Notes: generated by a model not told the origin, from the sequence alone. Counted from the first letter of the stretch, positions 1 to 10,218 are shown. The stretch is 62,676 nt of DNA from an uncultured Bacilli bacterium (GCA_934130485.1 CAKOYE010000001.1:1-62676), one strand, 5' to 3'. Program-made: numbers and translations.

Positions 1-8
1 TATTAGTA

Positions 9-75
9 GACATAAGTTTATTCCTTTCAATGTTTTCTTATCAATTACATTGTATCAAACTTATGTCCTTTTTTT
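9..75 (+). terminator. Long hairpin followed by a T-run; possible terminator or 3' end of a transcript entering from the left of the window
   Basis: 11-nt arms gacataagttt (9-19) and aaacttatgtc (57-67) are perfectly complementary and followed by cttttttt. The loop is long (37 nt). Confidence 0.3.
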
Positions 76-134
76 AAATAAAAATAGTGTAGTGATTTAC
101 ACTCACCAACACTATTTATAATACAACCAAAATT

Positions 135-159
135 AAACTACTATATTAGTAGTTTTTTT
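135..159 (+). terminator. Rho-independent terminator-like hairpin
   Basis: aaactacta / tat / tagtagttt (9-bp stem, 3-nt loop) followed by tttt. Confidence 0.45.
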
Positions 160-198
160 ATTCAAAATGAAAAACCTAAAATAGGTTTCTTTATAACT

Positions 199-789
199 TT
201 ACATATATTTTTTCTTCATTATTTTAATTTTTTCTTCTTCAATTTCATTATTAATAATTTCTAAAATATTTAAATCAACAACATAATTTTTTATATTAGA
301 AATTGAATGATTCTTAAAATTATCAAATTTGTTATTTACTAGTAGAAATTGTTTAGCAAATTCATTAATGCTTTCAACAATTATAAAACATTTTCCATTT
401 TTTTCTAAAATAATTTCGTTATTTGCTGGTTCATAAGATGATACTTTATCATCAATTACAGTGGTAGCACCATTATTTAATATTGCCTTAATTCTTAATG
501 TATTTTCCTTACTATATAAAAACCAGTTAGAAATAATTCCATTATTGTTTTTTCTTGATTCTAAATAGTGTCTATAATCACTATTTATATTTCCTAATTC
601 AAATAATTCCTTGTTATCACATTCCGCTTTATCAAAATTCATACAAGCTATTGATGCAGTCATAATATTTGTTTCGGAACTGTCATTGTTTTTTAATATA
701 CCCTTAATAAATTTTCTTTCATTGTCATCTATTCGACAATATTCATTGTTACTTTCTTCTTTTATTAAAGACCAATCTTCTATTATCAT
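199..789 (-). CDS. Hypothetical protein, 196 aa, no recognisable motif
   Basis: Long ORF in an AT-rich background with a hairpin directly downstream (aaacct...aggttt at about 174-192). I recognise no family. Confidence 0.5.
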   Translation of the reverse strand: MIIEDWSLIKEESNNEYCRIDDNERKFIKGILKNNDSSETNIMTASIACMNFDKAECDNKELFELGNINSDYRHYLESRKNNNGIISNWFLYSKENTLRIKAILNNGATTVIDDKVSSYEPANNEIILEKNGKCFIIVESINEFAKQFLLVNNKFDNFKNHSISNIKNYVVDLNILEIINNEIEEEKIKIMKKKYM

Positions 790-870
790 TTTTTTACTCC
801 TTTTTCTTATGCATTTATAAATTATACTCTTTTTTTTATTAATGTAAATACAAATATCAATTTTTATGTT

Positions 871-1422
871 TTATTTTTCTAAATTTAATACTTTATTATA
901 TATATGTTTGTTAATTGATAAAGGTTCATAATTTTCATTTATAATATCTGAAATAATGCATTTACAGTATGAATTTATATTATTTATAGAAATATCGTTC
1001 AAACTTAGATTAAGACTAACTTTTAATTCAATAAGTATATATGTCATTTTAATAAGCAATAGATCAAGCTGCATATTTTCATATTTGCTTAGTTCAAGTT
1101 GCTTATCATATTTTTGTAATAAAAATTCATATCTATTTGCTAATTTTCTAAATTTTAAAAATTCTTCATTTAAATTTTGATATAAAGCGTTTTGCTTAGA
1201 TTTTGCTAATTTATTTGCAATTTCTAATTCGTTTTTTGATATCATATTTTCATCAATAACAGTAGTTTCATCATTTAATTTTGTAACATATAAATCACCT
1301 TTCATATACTTTTTTACAAAATCAAATATACGTTTATCACTAATAGAACAATTTTTATATAGTTTAAAATTATCTTTAACTATTTTTTTATCAAAATCTG
1401 AATATATTTCTAATTTATTCAT
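871..1422 (-). CDS. Hypothetical protein, about 183 aa from MNKLEIY
   Basis: The ATG at 1422 is preceded by agggaggaa. The track ORF extends 11 codons further upstream without an RBS. Confidence 0.5.
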   Translation of the reverse strand: MNKLEIYSDFDKKIVKDNFKLYKNCSISDKRIFDFVKKYMKGDLYVTKLNDETTVIDENMISKNELEIANKLAKSKQNALYQNLNEEFLKFRKLANRYEFLLQKYDKQLELSKYENMQLDLLLIKMTYILIELKVSLNLSLNDISINNINSYCKCIISDIINENYEPLSINKHIYNKVLNLEK

Positions 1423-1479
1423 AATAAATTCCTCCCTTTGCCGATATATTAACATAAAAAAAATAATTTATCAATAAAT

Positions 1480-1845
1480 TTATTTTATTAATAAATTATA
1501 AATATCTTTAACATCTTTTTTTTCTTGTTTAGATATATAATGTGGTTTTAAGTGTAAATGATAATGTTTTACTTCTTGAACACAACCATTATTTTGGATA
1601 AGTGTTAAACCATCAATGTCTAATTTACTTTCTAATAATTCCTCCATATTTCTGGCAATTTTCATAATATGCATAAGAATTTTATCATCTATTTCTTTTA
1701 ATCCTAAAAAATGATTTTTAGGAATTATTAGTAAATGTCCATTAGAATCAGGATTAACATCTAAAAACACTTTTACAATGTCGTCCTCAAAAATAGTATA
1801 AGAGGGAATTTCCCCATTAACAATTTTACAAAAAATACAATCCAT
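1480..1845 (-). CDS. HIT (histidine triad) family nucleotide hydrolase/transferase
   Basis: Histidine triad HYHLHLKP near the C-terminus. N-terminal CIFCKI motif and 121 aa length are typical of HinT-like proteins. Confidence 0.85.
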   Translation of the reverse strand: MDCIFCKIVNGEIPSYTIFEDDIVKVFLDVNPDSNGHLLIIPKNHFLGLKEIDDKILMHIMKIARNMEELLESKLDIDGLTLIQNNGCVQEVKHYHLHLKPHYISKQEKKDVKDIYNLLIK

Positions 1846-1991
1846 AAATTTATCCTCCTCTAAATATTATAGCAAAAAAATAAAAAGAGTAAAACTCTTT
1901 TGTGAATACTGCAAATATTCATAAATATTATGTACTTATATAAATTAAATAATCAAAGATAAGCAAAAAAAAATAAATATTGTGTTATAAA

Positions 1992-2030
1992 GTCGAAAAT
2001 ATCGACATTTTTGAGCTTATAATGTATAAT
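1992..2030 (+). promoter_or_regulatory. Candidate suf promoter with an overlapping short palindrome
   Basis: Palindrome gtcga-aaata-tcgac (1992-2006) overlaps TCGACA (2002-2007). Two TATAAT hexamers follow (2018-2023 and 2025-2030), the latter with an upstream TG. Which -10 is used is unresolved. Confidence 0.3.
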
Positions 2031-2048
2031 TGTTTTGGAGATGATGTT

Positions 2049-2813
2049 ATGCATACATTAAGAATTGAAAATCTTACTGTTGAAATAGAAAATAAAACTA
2101 TACTTAAAAATTTTTCATTAACTATTAATAGTGGTGAAATACACGTTATTATGGGACCAAATGGAACAGGGAAATCTACTTTATCTAAAGTTATTATGGG
2201 TGATAATCATTATAATATAGTAAGTGGAAATATTTATTTTGATGATACTCTAATCAATGATTTAACAGTTGATGAAAGAGCTAGATTAGGCATTTTTTTA
2301 GGAATGCAAATGCCTTTAGAAATTGATGGTGTAACAAACGCAGATTTTTTACGTGCAGCTTTATATGCTAAAGAAAAAGAAAATTTTAAATTATATAATT
2401 TTATAAAGAAATTAGATAAAAATGTTGAAAATTTGAAAATGAGTAAAGATATGATACATCGTGGTGTAAATAAAGGATTTTCAGGTGGAGAAAGAAAGAA
2501 AAACGAAATACTTCAAATGTATATGTTAGAACCAAATACGCTAATTCTTGATGAAATTGATTCAGGATTAGATGTAGATAGTTTAAAAGTTGTTGGTGAA
2601 AAAGTTATGGAATATTATAGAGAATTTAATCCATCAATATTAGTAATTACCCATTATCAAAGATTGCTTCATTATATTAAACCAGATTTTGTTCATATTA
2701 TGAAGGATGGAAATATAATTAAAAGTGGTGACTCTAGCTTAGTTAAAATTGTAGAGGATAATGGATATGAATTTTTTACAAATACTAGTGAAAATATTAT
2801 AGAGGATAAATAA
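2049..2813 (+). CDS. sufC: Fe-S cluster assembly ATPase SufC
   Basis: Walker A GPNGTGKST, ABC signature FSGGERKK and Walker B LILDEIDSGLD. Start moved to MHTLRIENL (ATG 2049) behind a GGAG RBS. Confidence 0.9.
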   Translation: MHTLRIENLTVEIENKTILKNFSLTINSGEIHVIMGPNGTGKSTLSKVIMGDNHYNIVSGNIYFDDTLINDLTVDERARLGIFLGMQMPLEIDGVTNADFLRAALYAKEKENFKLYNFIKKLDKNVENLKMSKDMIHRGVNKGFSGGERKKNEILQMYMLEPNTLILDEIDSGLDVDSLKVVGEKVMEYYREFNPSILVITHYQRLLHYIKPDFVHIMKDGNIIKSGDSSLVKIVEDNGYEFFTNTSENIIEDK

Positions 2814-2817
2814 AAAT

Positions 2818-3621
2818 ATGAATAAAATAATTATTGAAAACAATATTGTAAAATACAAAGAATTAGATGATAGTATTATATTTAATTATTCCGTAAGTGA
2901 CACTTTTGATTCAGTTTATAATCTTGAAATTAAATGTTTAAATAGCACTGATTTATGTATTAATTATAATATTACAAATGATATTAAAATTAATGTTTTG
3001 TTTGAATTTGAAGATAATGTAGTTTCTAATATATTTGAAAAGTATAATGATGGTTTGCTAAAAATTAAAAACACATATAATTTAAAGTCATTTAGTGAAG
3101 TAAACGTTCAAAAAATTTATGATGTAAAAGAAATAAAACAAAATGATATTGTAAATCTTAATGGAAAAAAGTCTTCATTTAATTATGTTTTAAAGACAAT
3201 TAGTATTAATCCTGAAAGATATGGACTAGTTATAAATCATAATGCTCCTTATACAGTAAGTAACATTATAAATAATGCAGTAAATATTTGTGATGGTAGT
3301 GTTTTCTTTGATGTAATAGGAAATGTACCAAAAGGTATAATTGAATGTAGTTTAAATCAAAATAACAGAATTGTTACATTTAATAAGAAAAAGTGTCAAA
3401 TAAATCCTAATTTATTAATAGATGAAGATAATGTAATAGCAGAACATTCTGCATTTATTGGTAAATTTAATGATGAAGATTTATTTTATTTACAAAGTAG
3501 AGGAATAACTTATGAAGAAGCTATTAAATTATTAATTAAAGGATTTTTATTTAGTAATTTGAAATTAACTGAACAAGATACAGGTGATTTAGAAAATATT
3601 ATTCATAAATATTGGAGGTGA
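2818..3621 (+). CDS. sufD: Short SufB/SufD-family Fe-S scaffold component (267 aa)
   Basis: C-terminal FIGKFNDEDLFYLQSRGITYEEAIKLLIKGF matches the conserved SufB/D C-terminus. Located between sufC and sufS. Confidence 0.7.
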   Translation: MNKIIIENNIVKYKELDDSIIFNYSVSDTFDSVYNLEIKCLNSTDLCINYNITNDIKINVLFEFEDNVVSNIFEKYNDGLLKIKNTYNLKSFSEVNVQKIYDVKEIKQNDIVNLNGKKSSFNYVLKTISINPERYGLVINHNAPYTVSNIINNAVNICDGSVFFDVIGNVPKGIIECSLNQNNRIVTFNKKKCQINPNLLIDEDNVIAEHSAFIGKFNDEDLFYLQSRGITYEEAIKLLIKGFLFSNLKLTEQDTGDLENIIHKYWR

Positions 3622-3625
3622 AAAA

Positions 3626-4819
3626 ATGAATCGTGAAGATTTTCCAATGTTAAAACATGATATTATATATTTTGATAATGGTGCAACAACTTTTAAATCA
3701 AATTGTGTAATAGATAAAATTTGTGATTATTATAAAAACTATAGTTGTAATGCACATCGTGGAGATTATAAGTATAGTGTTAAAGTTGATGAAGAATATG
3801 AAAATGCACGCTTTTTAGTGAAAAATTTTATTAATGCTAGTAGTAATAAAGAAATAATTTTTACAAGTGGTGCGACAGACTCCTTAAATAAAATTGTATT
3901 TGGATATTTCAAACAATATTTAAACGAATCTGATGAAGTTTTGCTAACAAAATCAGAACATGCCTCAAATGTGTTACCTTGGTTTGAATTAGCTGAACAA
4001 AATGGAATACATGTTGGTTATATACCACTTAATGAAGATTTGACTTTTACCATTGATGATGTAAAAAAATCTGTTACAAGTAAAACAAAGGTTATTAGTA
4101 TTGCTCATATAACTAATGTTGTAGGAGATATTAGAAATATTAAAGAAATTATTGATTTTGCTCATAGTAAAAATATATTAGTTGTTATAGATGGTGCACA
4201 AAGTGTACCTCATATAAAAATTGATGTTCAATCATTAAATGTTGATTTTCTAGCTTTTTCTGCTCATAAAATGTGTGGACCCACAGGTGTTGGAGTTTTA
4301 TATGGAAGAGAAGAACTATTAAATAATATGAAGCCAATCGAATTTGGCGGAGGTATGAACGCTATGTTTACCTATGACGGTATAAGACAATATAGTAATT
4401 TACCTTATTTGTTCGAAGCAGGAACACCTAATATTGCTGATGTAATAGCTTTTTCTGAAGCAATTAAATATCTAGACAAAATTGGAATGGATAGAATACA
4501 TAATTATGAATTAGATTTAAAAAAATACGCTATTAAAAAATTAGAAAATGTAAATGATATTATAATATATAACAAAAATTCAGAAAGTGGAATTATTACA
4601 TTTAATATTAAGGATGTATTTGCTCAAGATTTAGCTATATATTTAGATAAATATAATATTTGTGTAAGAGCTGGTAATCATTGTGCCAAAATTTTAAAAG
4701 ACGAATTAAAAATAAAAAATACATGTCGTATTAGTTTATATTTTTACAATACAAAAGAAGAAATAGACCGTTTAGTTGAAGTGTTAAATAATCCAAATTT
4801 AAAAAATGAAATTATATAA
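3626..4819 (+). CDS. sufS: Cysteine desulfurase SufS (class V PLP enzyme)
   Basis: PLP-lysine context SAHKMCGPTG, catalytic Cys loop RAGNHCA, 397 aa, suf operon context. Confidence 0.9.
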   Translation: MNREDFPMLKHDIIYFDNGATTFKSNCVIDKICDYYKNYSCNAHRGDYKYSVKVDEEYENARFLVKNFINASSNKEIIFTSGATDSLNKIVFGYFKQYLNESDEVLLTKSEHASNVLPWFELAEQNGIHVGYIPLNEDLTFTIDDVKKSVTSKTKVISIAHITNVVGDIRNIKEIIDFAHSKNILVVIDGAQSVPHIKIDVQSLNVDFLAFSAHKMCGPTGVGVLYGREELLNNMKPIEFGGGMNAMFTYDGIRQYSNLPYLFEAGTPNIADVIAFSEAIKYLDKIGMDRIHNYELDLKKYAIKKLENVNDIIIYNKNSESGIITFNIKDVFAQDLAIYLDKYNICVRAGNHCAKILKDELKIKNTCRISLYFYNTKEEIDRLVEVLNNPNLKNEII

Positions 4820-5021
4820 TTGCAAATTTTTAGATTAAATTTTGCTATTTTATTAGAACGAACATTCAAATTAAAATTTACGAAATAAAAAAATTATCTC
4901 AATTTTTATAGTTTAAATAAATTTTTTTATGATAAAATGACAATGGATGCAATTATAAAAACAATTTGTATATTAAATATATAATTAAATTAATATTATT
5001 AACCTAAGTAGGAGTGAAATT

Positions 5022-6164
5022 ATGAATTTAGAAGAATTAATAAGTAAATTAGATTATGAATATCAATTTGTTAAAAATAATAAATATTGGGATTATAATA
5101 AAACATATAATTTATCTTTAAATGACAAAGTCTATGAAGTGTCAGAAAATGATATTTTACTGAATGTATCTCATGATATTGTAAATGGTATAGATAAAAA
5201 TTTTTTTGAAAAAAATAATATAGGCAATTATGAAATTCCTAATATTGATGTTGAGCAAATGAAAGAAATTGTCATAAATTTTTTTATGATTATAAATCCG
5301 AATTTTAGTAATAGAATTAAATTTATATTATCTAATACTACTTTTATAAAATATGATGATAATATATCTAGTGATTTGCAAAGGTCTGTAACCAATTCAA
5401 ACGGAATAAAACTTTATTATAAAAATGATTTAAAATCTTTGGTTACTTTGGCACATGAAATTAGTCATGGTATTTCTAATTTAGATGATAATTGTAAATT
5501 TAATAATGCTAATAAAGTAGATTCATTTGCGGAAATTGAATCTGAATTAACTGAAGAAATGTTTTTAGACTATTTAAAGAATATTAATTTACAAATAAGG
5601 GATAAAAATTCAAATGAAGGCATTAGGAATTTAAACGATAATGACATAGATGATATTAACTATAATAAGTATAAATCAGTTGCTTATTTATCATATAGAG
5701 CAATAGATGAATTAGAATTCAAAAAATTAATTAAAAATAAAAAAATAAGTAATATAGATGCTAAATTTATTGATGAACTGTCTATTTCTAAGAATATTGG
5801 AAAAGAAGAAATAATAAAAAAAGTAGAAAGATTTATCAAGGAGTATTACCCAGGAGATACTCTAATGCACAATTACTTGGGCAAAAAAAATTATGATTTA
5901 AAAAATGGTAAACATCTATCTAATGAATGTAGATTTATTTATGCATATTGTTTTCTTGAAAAATTTAATAATATGAATTTAGATTATAAAGAAAAATGTG
6001 AATTTTATAAAAATTATCTAGAAAATGCAAAAAATATGTCATTTCAAAGTGTTTTACAGTCATTTAATGTTAATCTATTCGATTTGCACAGTTTTAGTAA
6101 TGAATTTATAGACAAATTTAACCAATTATCAAATAAAAATAATTCTATTCATAGAAGTATTTAA
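5022..6164 (+). CDS. Hypothetical protein with an HExxH zinc-metallopeptidase motif
   Basis: LAHEISHG motif at about aa 145. Good RBS (taggagtg). No signal peptide is seen and the family is not recognised. Confidence 0.5.
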   Translation: MNLEELISKLDYEYQFVKNNKYWDYNKTYNLSLNDKVYEVSENDILLNVSHDIVNGIDKNFFEKNNIGNYEIPNIDVEQMKEIVINFFMIINPNFSNRIKFILSNTTFIKYDDNISSDLQRSVTNSNGIKLYYKNDLKSLVTLAHEISHGISNLDDNCKFNNANKVDSFAEIESELTEEMFLDYLKNINLQIRDKNSNEGIRNLNDNDIDDINYNKYKSVAYLSYRAIDELEFKKLIKNKKISNIDAKFIDELSISKNIGKEEIIKKVERFIKEYYPGDTLMHNYLGKKNYDLKNGKHLSNECRFIYAYCFLEKFNNMNLDYKEKCEFYKNYLENAKNMSFQSVLQSFNVNLFDLHSFSNEFIDKFNQLSNKNNSIHRSI

Positions 6165-6313
6165 ACAACGAGTTGTTATTTGTAAGGATATAAATTTCAT
6201 TTCGAAAGAGTACAAGAAATAAATAAAAATTATATAATTAATTCAACTATGGACTAATTAATTATTTTTTGATATAATTAATTAGTCTTTTTATTTTATA
6301 GAAAGGAGATTTT

Positions 6314-7960
6314 ATGAGTAAAATAAAAATATTTGGTTTAGGCGGATTAAATGAAATTGGTAAAAATATGTATATTGTAGAAGTTGATAAGGATATTTTT
6401 GTATTTGATGCGGGATTAAAATTTGCTGATGATAAAATGTTAGGTGTTGATTACATTATTCCTAACTATGATTATTTAAAAGAAAATGTTGATAGGGTTA
6501 AAGGTATATTTATTACACATGGTCACGATCAACAATTAGGAGCAATTTCTGACATATTAGCGGATTTACCAAATTTAAAAATATATGGTTGTGCATTTAC
6601 AATCGATATTTTAAGAAAAGAATTAATTAATGAGGGAATTAACGATGCAAATTTAATTGAAATTTTACCTCATAAAAAAATTAATTTTGGTGTAAATAGT
6701 ATTTTTCCAGTAAGTTTAACACATTCTGTTCCTGATGCAGTTGGATATGTATTATATACTTTAGACGGAGCAATTTTTTATACAGGAAATTTCGTCTTTG
6801 ATCCAACTATGATGGGAAATTATAAAACTGACATTGGTAAACTTGCTTATGTTGGAAAACAAGGTGTTTTATGTTTAATGAGTGAATCTTTATATGCTGA
6901 TAAATCAGGATTTACTTCTCCAAATCACCGTGCATCATCTATTCTTAAAGAAACATTAGGAAAATATAGCGGAAGAATATTATTTAATGTATTTCAAACA
7001 CAAATATATCGTTTACAAGAATTATTTAATGAAATTATTTTAACTGATAGAAAAGTAGTTATCATGGGTAAAAGACTAGAAGAGATTGTCATTGAATCAA
7101 TTGATAAAAAATACATCAATTTTGATAAATCTCGTATTAGTAATATTCATCATGTAAATGACCCTAATGTTATTGTAATTATTTCTGATGAAAGAGAAAA
7201 ACCTTTTTCAAATTTGACAAGAATTGTAAAAGGATATGACAAATTTATCAGAATAAATGAAAATGATACTGTTGTATTTATTTCACCTGTTTATGATGGT
7301 ATGGAAATAAGAGCAACTAAATTATTTAACGGAATTGCTAAAATAGGTGCATCACTTGTTATTTTATCTAATAAAAAATATTTAGGTCATCATGCTTCTG
7401 CAGAAGATTTAATGTTAATGCTTGATTTAATTAAACCTAAATATTATTTTCCAGTTATTGGTGAATATAGACATCAAGTTGAAAATGCAAATAATGCTAA
7501 AAAATTAGGTATTAAAGAAGAAAATATTTTATTAAAACTAAATGGACAAGTTGCAACATTTATTGATGGAAAATTAGTTGATACTAATGAAACTGTTAAA
7601 GCTGATGATATTCTAATTGATGGAAAAACAGTTGGAGATATTGGTGAATTAGTATTAAAAGATAGAGAAGCATTATGTGACAATGGTATTGTTATAGTTA
7701 GTGCTACTTTAGATAAATCAACAAAAAAGGTATTAGCAGGTCCAGAAATTTTAACAAGAGGATTTATTTACGTTAGAGATAATGTCGATTTGATTAAAGA
7801 ATCAGAAAAAATTGCTCTAGAAGTTATAAATGAAAATATTAAACCAAATCATATAGAATTTAATAAAATTAAAAATGGTATTAGAGATAGATTAGGTAAA
7901 TATCTTTATCAAGAAACAGAATGTAAACCAATGATTTTAATCGTCTTACAAGAAGTATAA
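6314..7960 (+). CDS. rnj: RNase J family protein (metallo-beta-lactamase/beta-CASP) with degenerate catalytic motifs
   Basis: The layout is that of RNase J: KIFGLGGLNEIGKNMY, THSVPD, GHHASAED, 548 aa. Motif II reads HGHDQQ instead of HxHxDH, and SDSTN is replaced by SESLY. Confidence 0.85.
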   Translation: MSKIKIFGLGGLNEIGKNMYIVEVDKDIFVFDAGLKFADDKMLGVDYIIPNYDYLKENVDRVKGIFITHGHDQQLGAISDILADLPNLKIYGCAFTIDILRKELINEGINDANLIEILPHKKINFGVNSIFPVSLTHSVPDAVGYVLYTLDGAIFYTGNFVFDPTMMGNYKTDIGKLAYVGKQGVLCLMSESLYADKSGFTSPNHRASSILKETLGKYSGRILFNVFQTQIYRLQELFNEIILTDRKVVIMGKRLEEIVIESIDKKYINFDKSRISNIHHVNDPNVIVIISDEREKPFSNLTRIVKGYDKFIRINENDTVVFISPVYDGMEIRATKLFNGIAKIGASLVILSNKKYLGHHASAEDLMLMLDLIKPKYYFPVIGEYRHQVENANNAKKLGIKEENILLKLNGQVATFIDGKLVDTNETVKADDILIDGKTVGDIGELVLKDREALCDNGIVIVSATLDKSTKKVLAGPEILTRGFIYVRDNVDLIKESEKIALEVINENIKPNHIEFNKIKNGIRDRLGKYLYQETECKPMILIVLQEV

Positions 7961-7961
7961 A

Positions 7962-7989
7962 AAACTATAATTTTAATTTATAGTTTTTT
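7962..7989. terminator. Bidirectional intrinsic terminator between rnj and the convergent membrane-protein gene
   Basis: aaactataa / ttttaat / ttatagttt, flanked by an A-run upstream and a T-run downstream. Confidence 0.7.
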
Positions 7990-8010
7990 CGTTATGGATG
8001 ACTTAAAAAA

Positions 8011-8379
8011 TCAGTCATTCTTTTTTTTATTTATTCCTATCATACTTCCTAGAGTACAACTAATAGTTAAAATGATATAATAAAGTATATTTGTAATAGA
8101 AAATTTTTCATTTAATCCTAAATATTTGAATAATGCAAGAATTATAATTACAATTAAACCAAGTTTAATACCCTCAAACCATCCTTTTTGTTTGCTATTT
8201 TTTCCTATAATTGTTCCACCTACGAACATTGAAATTAAAATTGTTAGTATTTTTAAAATTGAAAGAATCTTTGAACCTATTATATTAAAATAATTAAAAA
8301 ATGTTATTATAAATGTTGAGACTATAATAATTGAAAAAATATATAATAATGATTTTCCAAGATTTTTTAAGTATTCCAT
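8011..8379 (-). CDS. Small multi-pass membrane protein (YrzE-like by position)
   Basis: Four hydrophobic segments. Start at MEYLKNL (ATG 8379) behind a gggggaa RBS. It sits next to a DUF421 gene, as in B. subtilis yrzE-yrbG. Confidence 0.55.
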   Translation of the reverse strand: MEYLKNLGKSLLYIFSIIIVSTFIITFFNYFNIIGSKILSILKILTILISMFVGGTIIGKNSKQKGWFEGIKLGLIVIIILALFKYLGLNEKFSITNILYYIILTISCTLGSMIGINKKKND

Positions 8380-8451
8380 AAAATTCCCCCTAATTAATTT
8401 TATTATTTGCATAAAAAAATATTACTTTATCATAATAAAATAGGTGATGAT

Positions 8452-9081
8452 ATGTATATTGAAATAATTTTTAAAACAGCGTTACTTTATTTTATTATTA
8501 TTTTAGCATATAGGATTATGGGGAAAAAAGAAGTTGGACAATTAAGCATTATTGACTTAATCGTTAGTTTATTAATAGCTGAGTTAGCTGCGATTTCTAT
8601 AGAAGATACTGAACTATCAATTTTTAGATCTATTGTTCCGATTTTTGTTCTTGTAATTATACAAGTTCTCTTAAGTTTTTTATCATTAAAAAATTCAAAT
8701 TTTAGAAAATCGGTTGAAGGGAGTCCTACTGTTATAATAAAAGAAGGAAAAATAAAATTTAACGAAATGATAAAATTACGATATAGCCTTGATGATTTAA
8801 TAACTCAATTAAGAGAGCAAAGCATAAAAAGCATAGAGGAAGTTAGTTACGCAGTTTTAGAAAATGATGGTAAATTGTCTGTTTTTCAAAATACTAAAGA
8901 TTATCCTATGCCAATTATAATGGATGGGGTTATTAATACTGAAGTTTTAAAAGATATGAAAAAAAATACAAATTGGGTAATGAAAATTTTAAATGATAAA
9001 AATTTAAAACTTGAGGATATTTTCTATGCTTTTCATACTAAAGAAAAGACATTTATTATAAAGAAAAATGATTTGCTATAA
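8452..9081 (+). CDS. DUF421/UPF0702 (YetF/YrbG-like) membrane protein
   Basis: N-terminus ...LLYFIIILAYRIMGKKEVGQLSIIDLIVSLLIAELAA is typical of the YetF family. Start moved to MYIEII. Confidence 0.75.
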   Translation: MYIEIIFKTALLYFIIILAYRIMGKKEVGQLSIIDLIVSLLIAELAAISIEDTELSIFRSIVPIFVLVIIQVLLSFLSLKNSNFRKSVEGSPTVIIKEGKIKFNEMIKLRYSLDDLITQLREQSIKSIEEVSYAVLENDGKLSVFQNTKDYPMPIIMDGVINTEVLKDMKKNTNWVMKILNDKNLKLEDIFYAFHTKEKTFIIKKNDLL

Positions 9082-9109
9082 AAATACTTGAAAAAAAATA
9101 TAAAAAATG
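9076..9109 (+). repeat. Copy 1 of a 34-bp duplicated promoter module upstream of a pilin gene
   Basis: ctataaaaatacttgaaaaaaaatataaaaaatg is identical to 10310-10343. It contains TTGAAA, with a -10-like taatct about 17 bp downstream. Confidence 0.7.
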
Positions 9110-9135
9110 CTAATCTTAATATAGAGTAGGAGTAG

Positions 9136-10218
9136 ATGAAGATGAAAAAAAATAAAGGATTTACATTAATAGAATTATTAGCAGTAATAGTAATACTAGC
9201 AGTAATTGCTTTAATAGCAGTACCACAAGTAATAAAAATATTAAATAAAGCAAGACTATCAGCAGCAGAGGATTCAGCTTATGGGATAGTAAAATCTGCA
9301 GAGAGTTATGTTGCAAATTTTATGTTAAATAATGATGGAAGTATGCCAAGTAAAAATTTAGAATTTGAATGTTCTAATTCTGGATGTGTTTTAAAAACAA
9401 CAGATTTAGGAAATTATGATTTAACAGATTTAAATGAATTAAATTTTAAAGGAGTAAAACCAAAAAGTGGCACAGTAACAATAGAAGATAATGGACAAAC
9501 TATTAAGGCGTCAAATTTAGTAATAAATGGATTTAAATGTAATTATCCAAACAACGAAGGAAAAGTTAGTTGTAAAAAAGGAACTAATAGTGATGATAAT
9601 CTGGATGCTAAAGATAAATTAGAAAATAGAACATATACATCAGGAGAAGCAATAACAAATTTTGGAGGATATAATTGGAACGTAATAGGTGATGATGGAA
9701 CTAATGTAACACTTTTAATGGATGAAGGACAAATAGAAGATATGGCACATTGTACAAATGATTTAGATGCTTCTACTGATTGTGGAGTAGATTCAACAGG
9801 AAAAAATTATGTATATAGTTGGGATAAATCAATAATAAATAGTTACTTAAAAAATACATTGTATCCAGAGATTAAAGACAAGATAGGAAATATAGTACCA
9901 GTTAGTGTTTGTATAGATCCATCACGTGACGATGGTATTGCAACTTACGGAGGATATTTACAATCAGAAATAGATAAAATAAATGGAGCAAGTTGTAGTA
10001 CTGGATATGAAACTGATTATGTAAGACTTATAACAATTTTGGAATACGAAAATATTTCTGGTATTTCAGTAAATAGTGGTTTTTGGACTATGAATGCGCA
10101 TTCTTCAGGACGTGTTTTAATACCAACTCACTCTATTGTAATTATTAGGAGTGGACGATATAGTAATATTGCAGATGGTATTACTGGTGTCCGCCCTGTA
10201 ATAACAGTCCGCAAGTAG
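9136..10218 (+). CDS. Type IV pilin/pseudopilin with a large C-terminal domain (360 aa)
   Basis: Class III signal peptide MKMKKNKG/FTLIELLAVIVILAVIALIAVP (G-1, E+5). A roughly 320 aa Cys-containing extracellular domain follows. The 3' end is visibly more GC-rich than its surroundings. Confidence 0.8.
   Translation: MKMKKNKGFTLIELLAVIVILAVIALIAVPQVIKILNKARLSAAEDSAYGIVKSAESYVANFMLNNDGSMPSKNLEFECSNSGCVLKTTDLGNYDLTDLNELNFKGVKPKSGTVTIEDNGQTIKASNLVINGFKCNYPNNEGKVSCKKGTNSDDNLDAKDKLENRTYTSGEAITNFGGYNWNVIGDDGTNVTLLMDEGQIEDMAHCTNDLDASTDCGVDSTGKNYVYSWDKSIINSYLKNTLYPEIKDKIGNIVPVSVCIDPSRDDGIATYGGYLQSEIDKINGASCSTGYETDYVRLITILEYENISGISVNSGFWTMNAHSSGRVLIPTHSIVIIRSGRYSNIADGITGVRPVITVRK

Noticed and set aside
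6252-6287. 12-bp inverted repeat gactaattaatt...aattaattagtc plus T-run upstream of rnj, as a possible regulatory leader or attenuator.
   Set aside because: The loop contains the only good -10 (TATAAT) for rnj, so the hairpin would lie largely upstream of the transcript. AT-only palindromes of this size are common here. I kept it only as a note.
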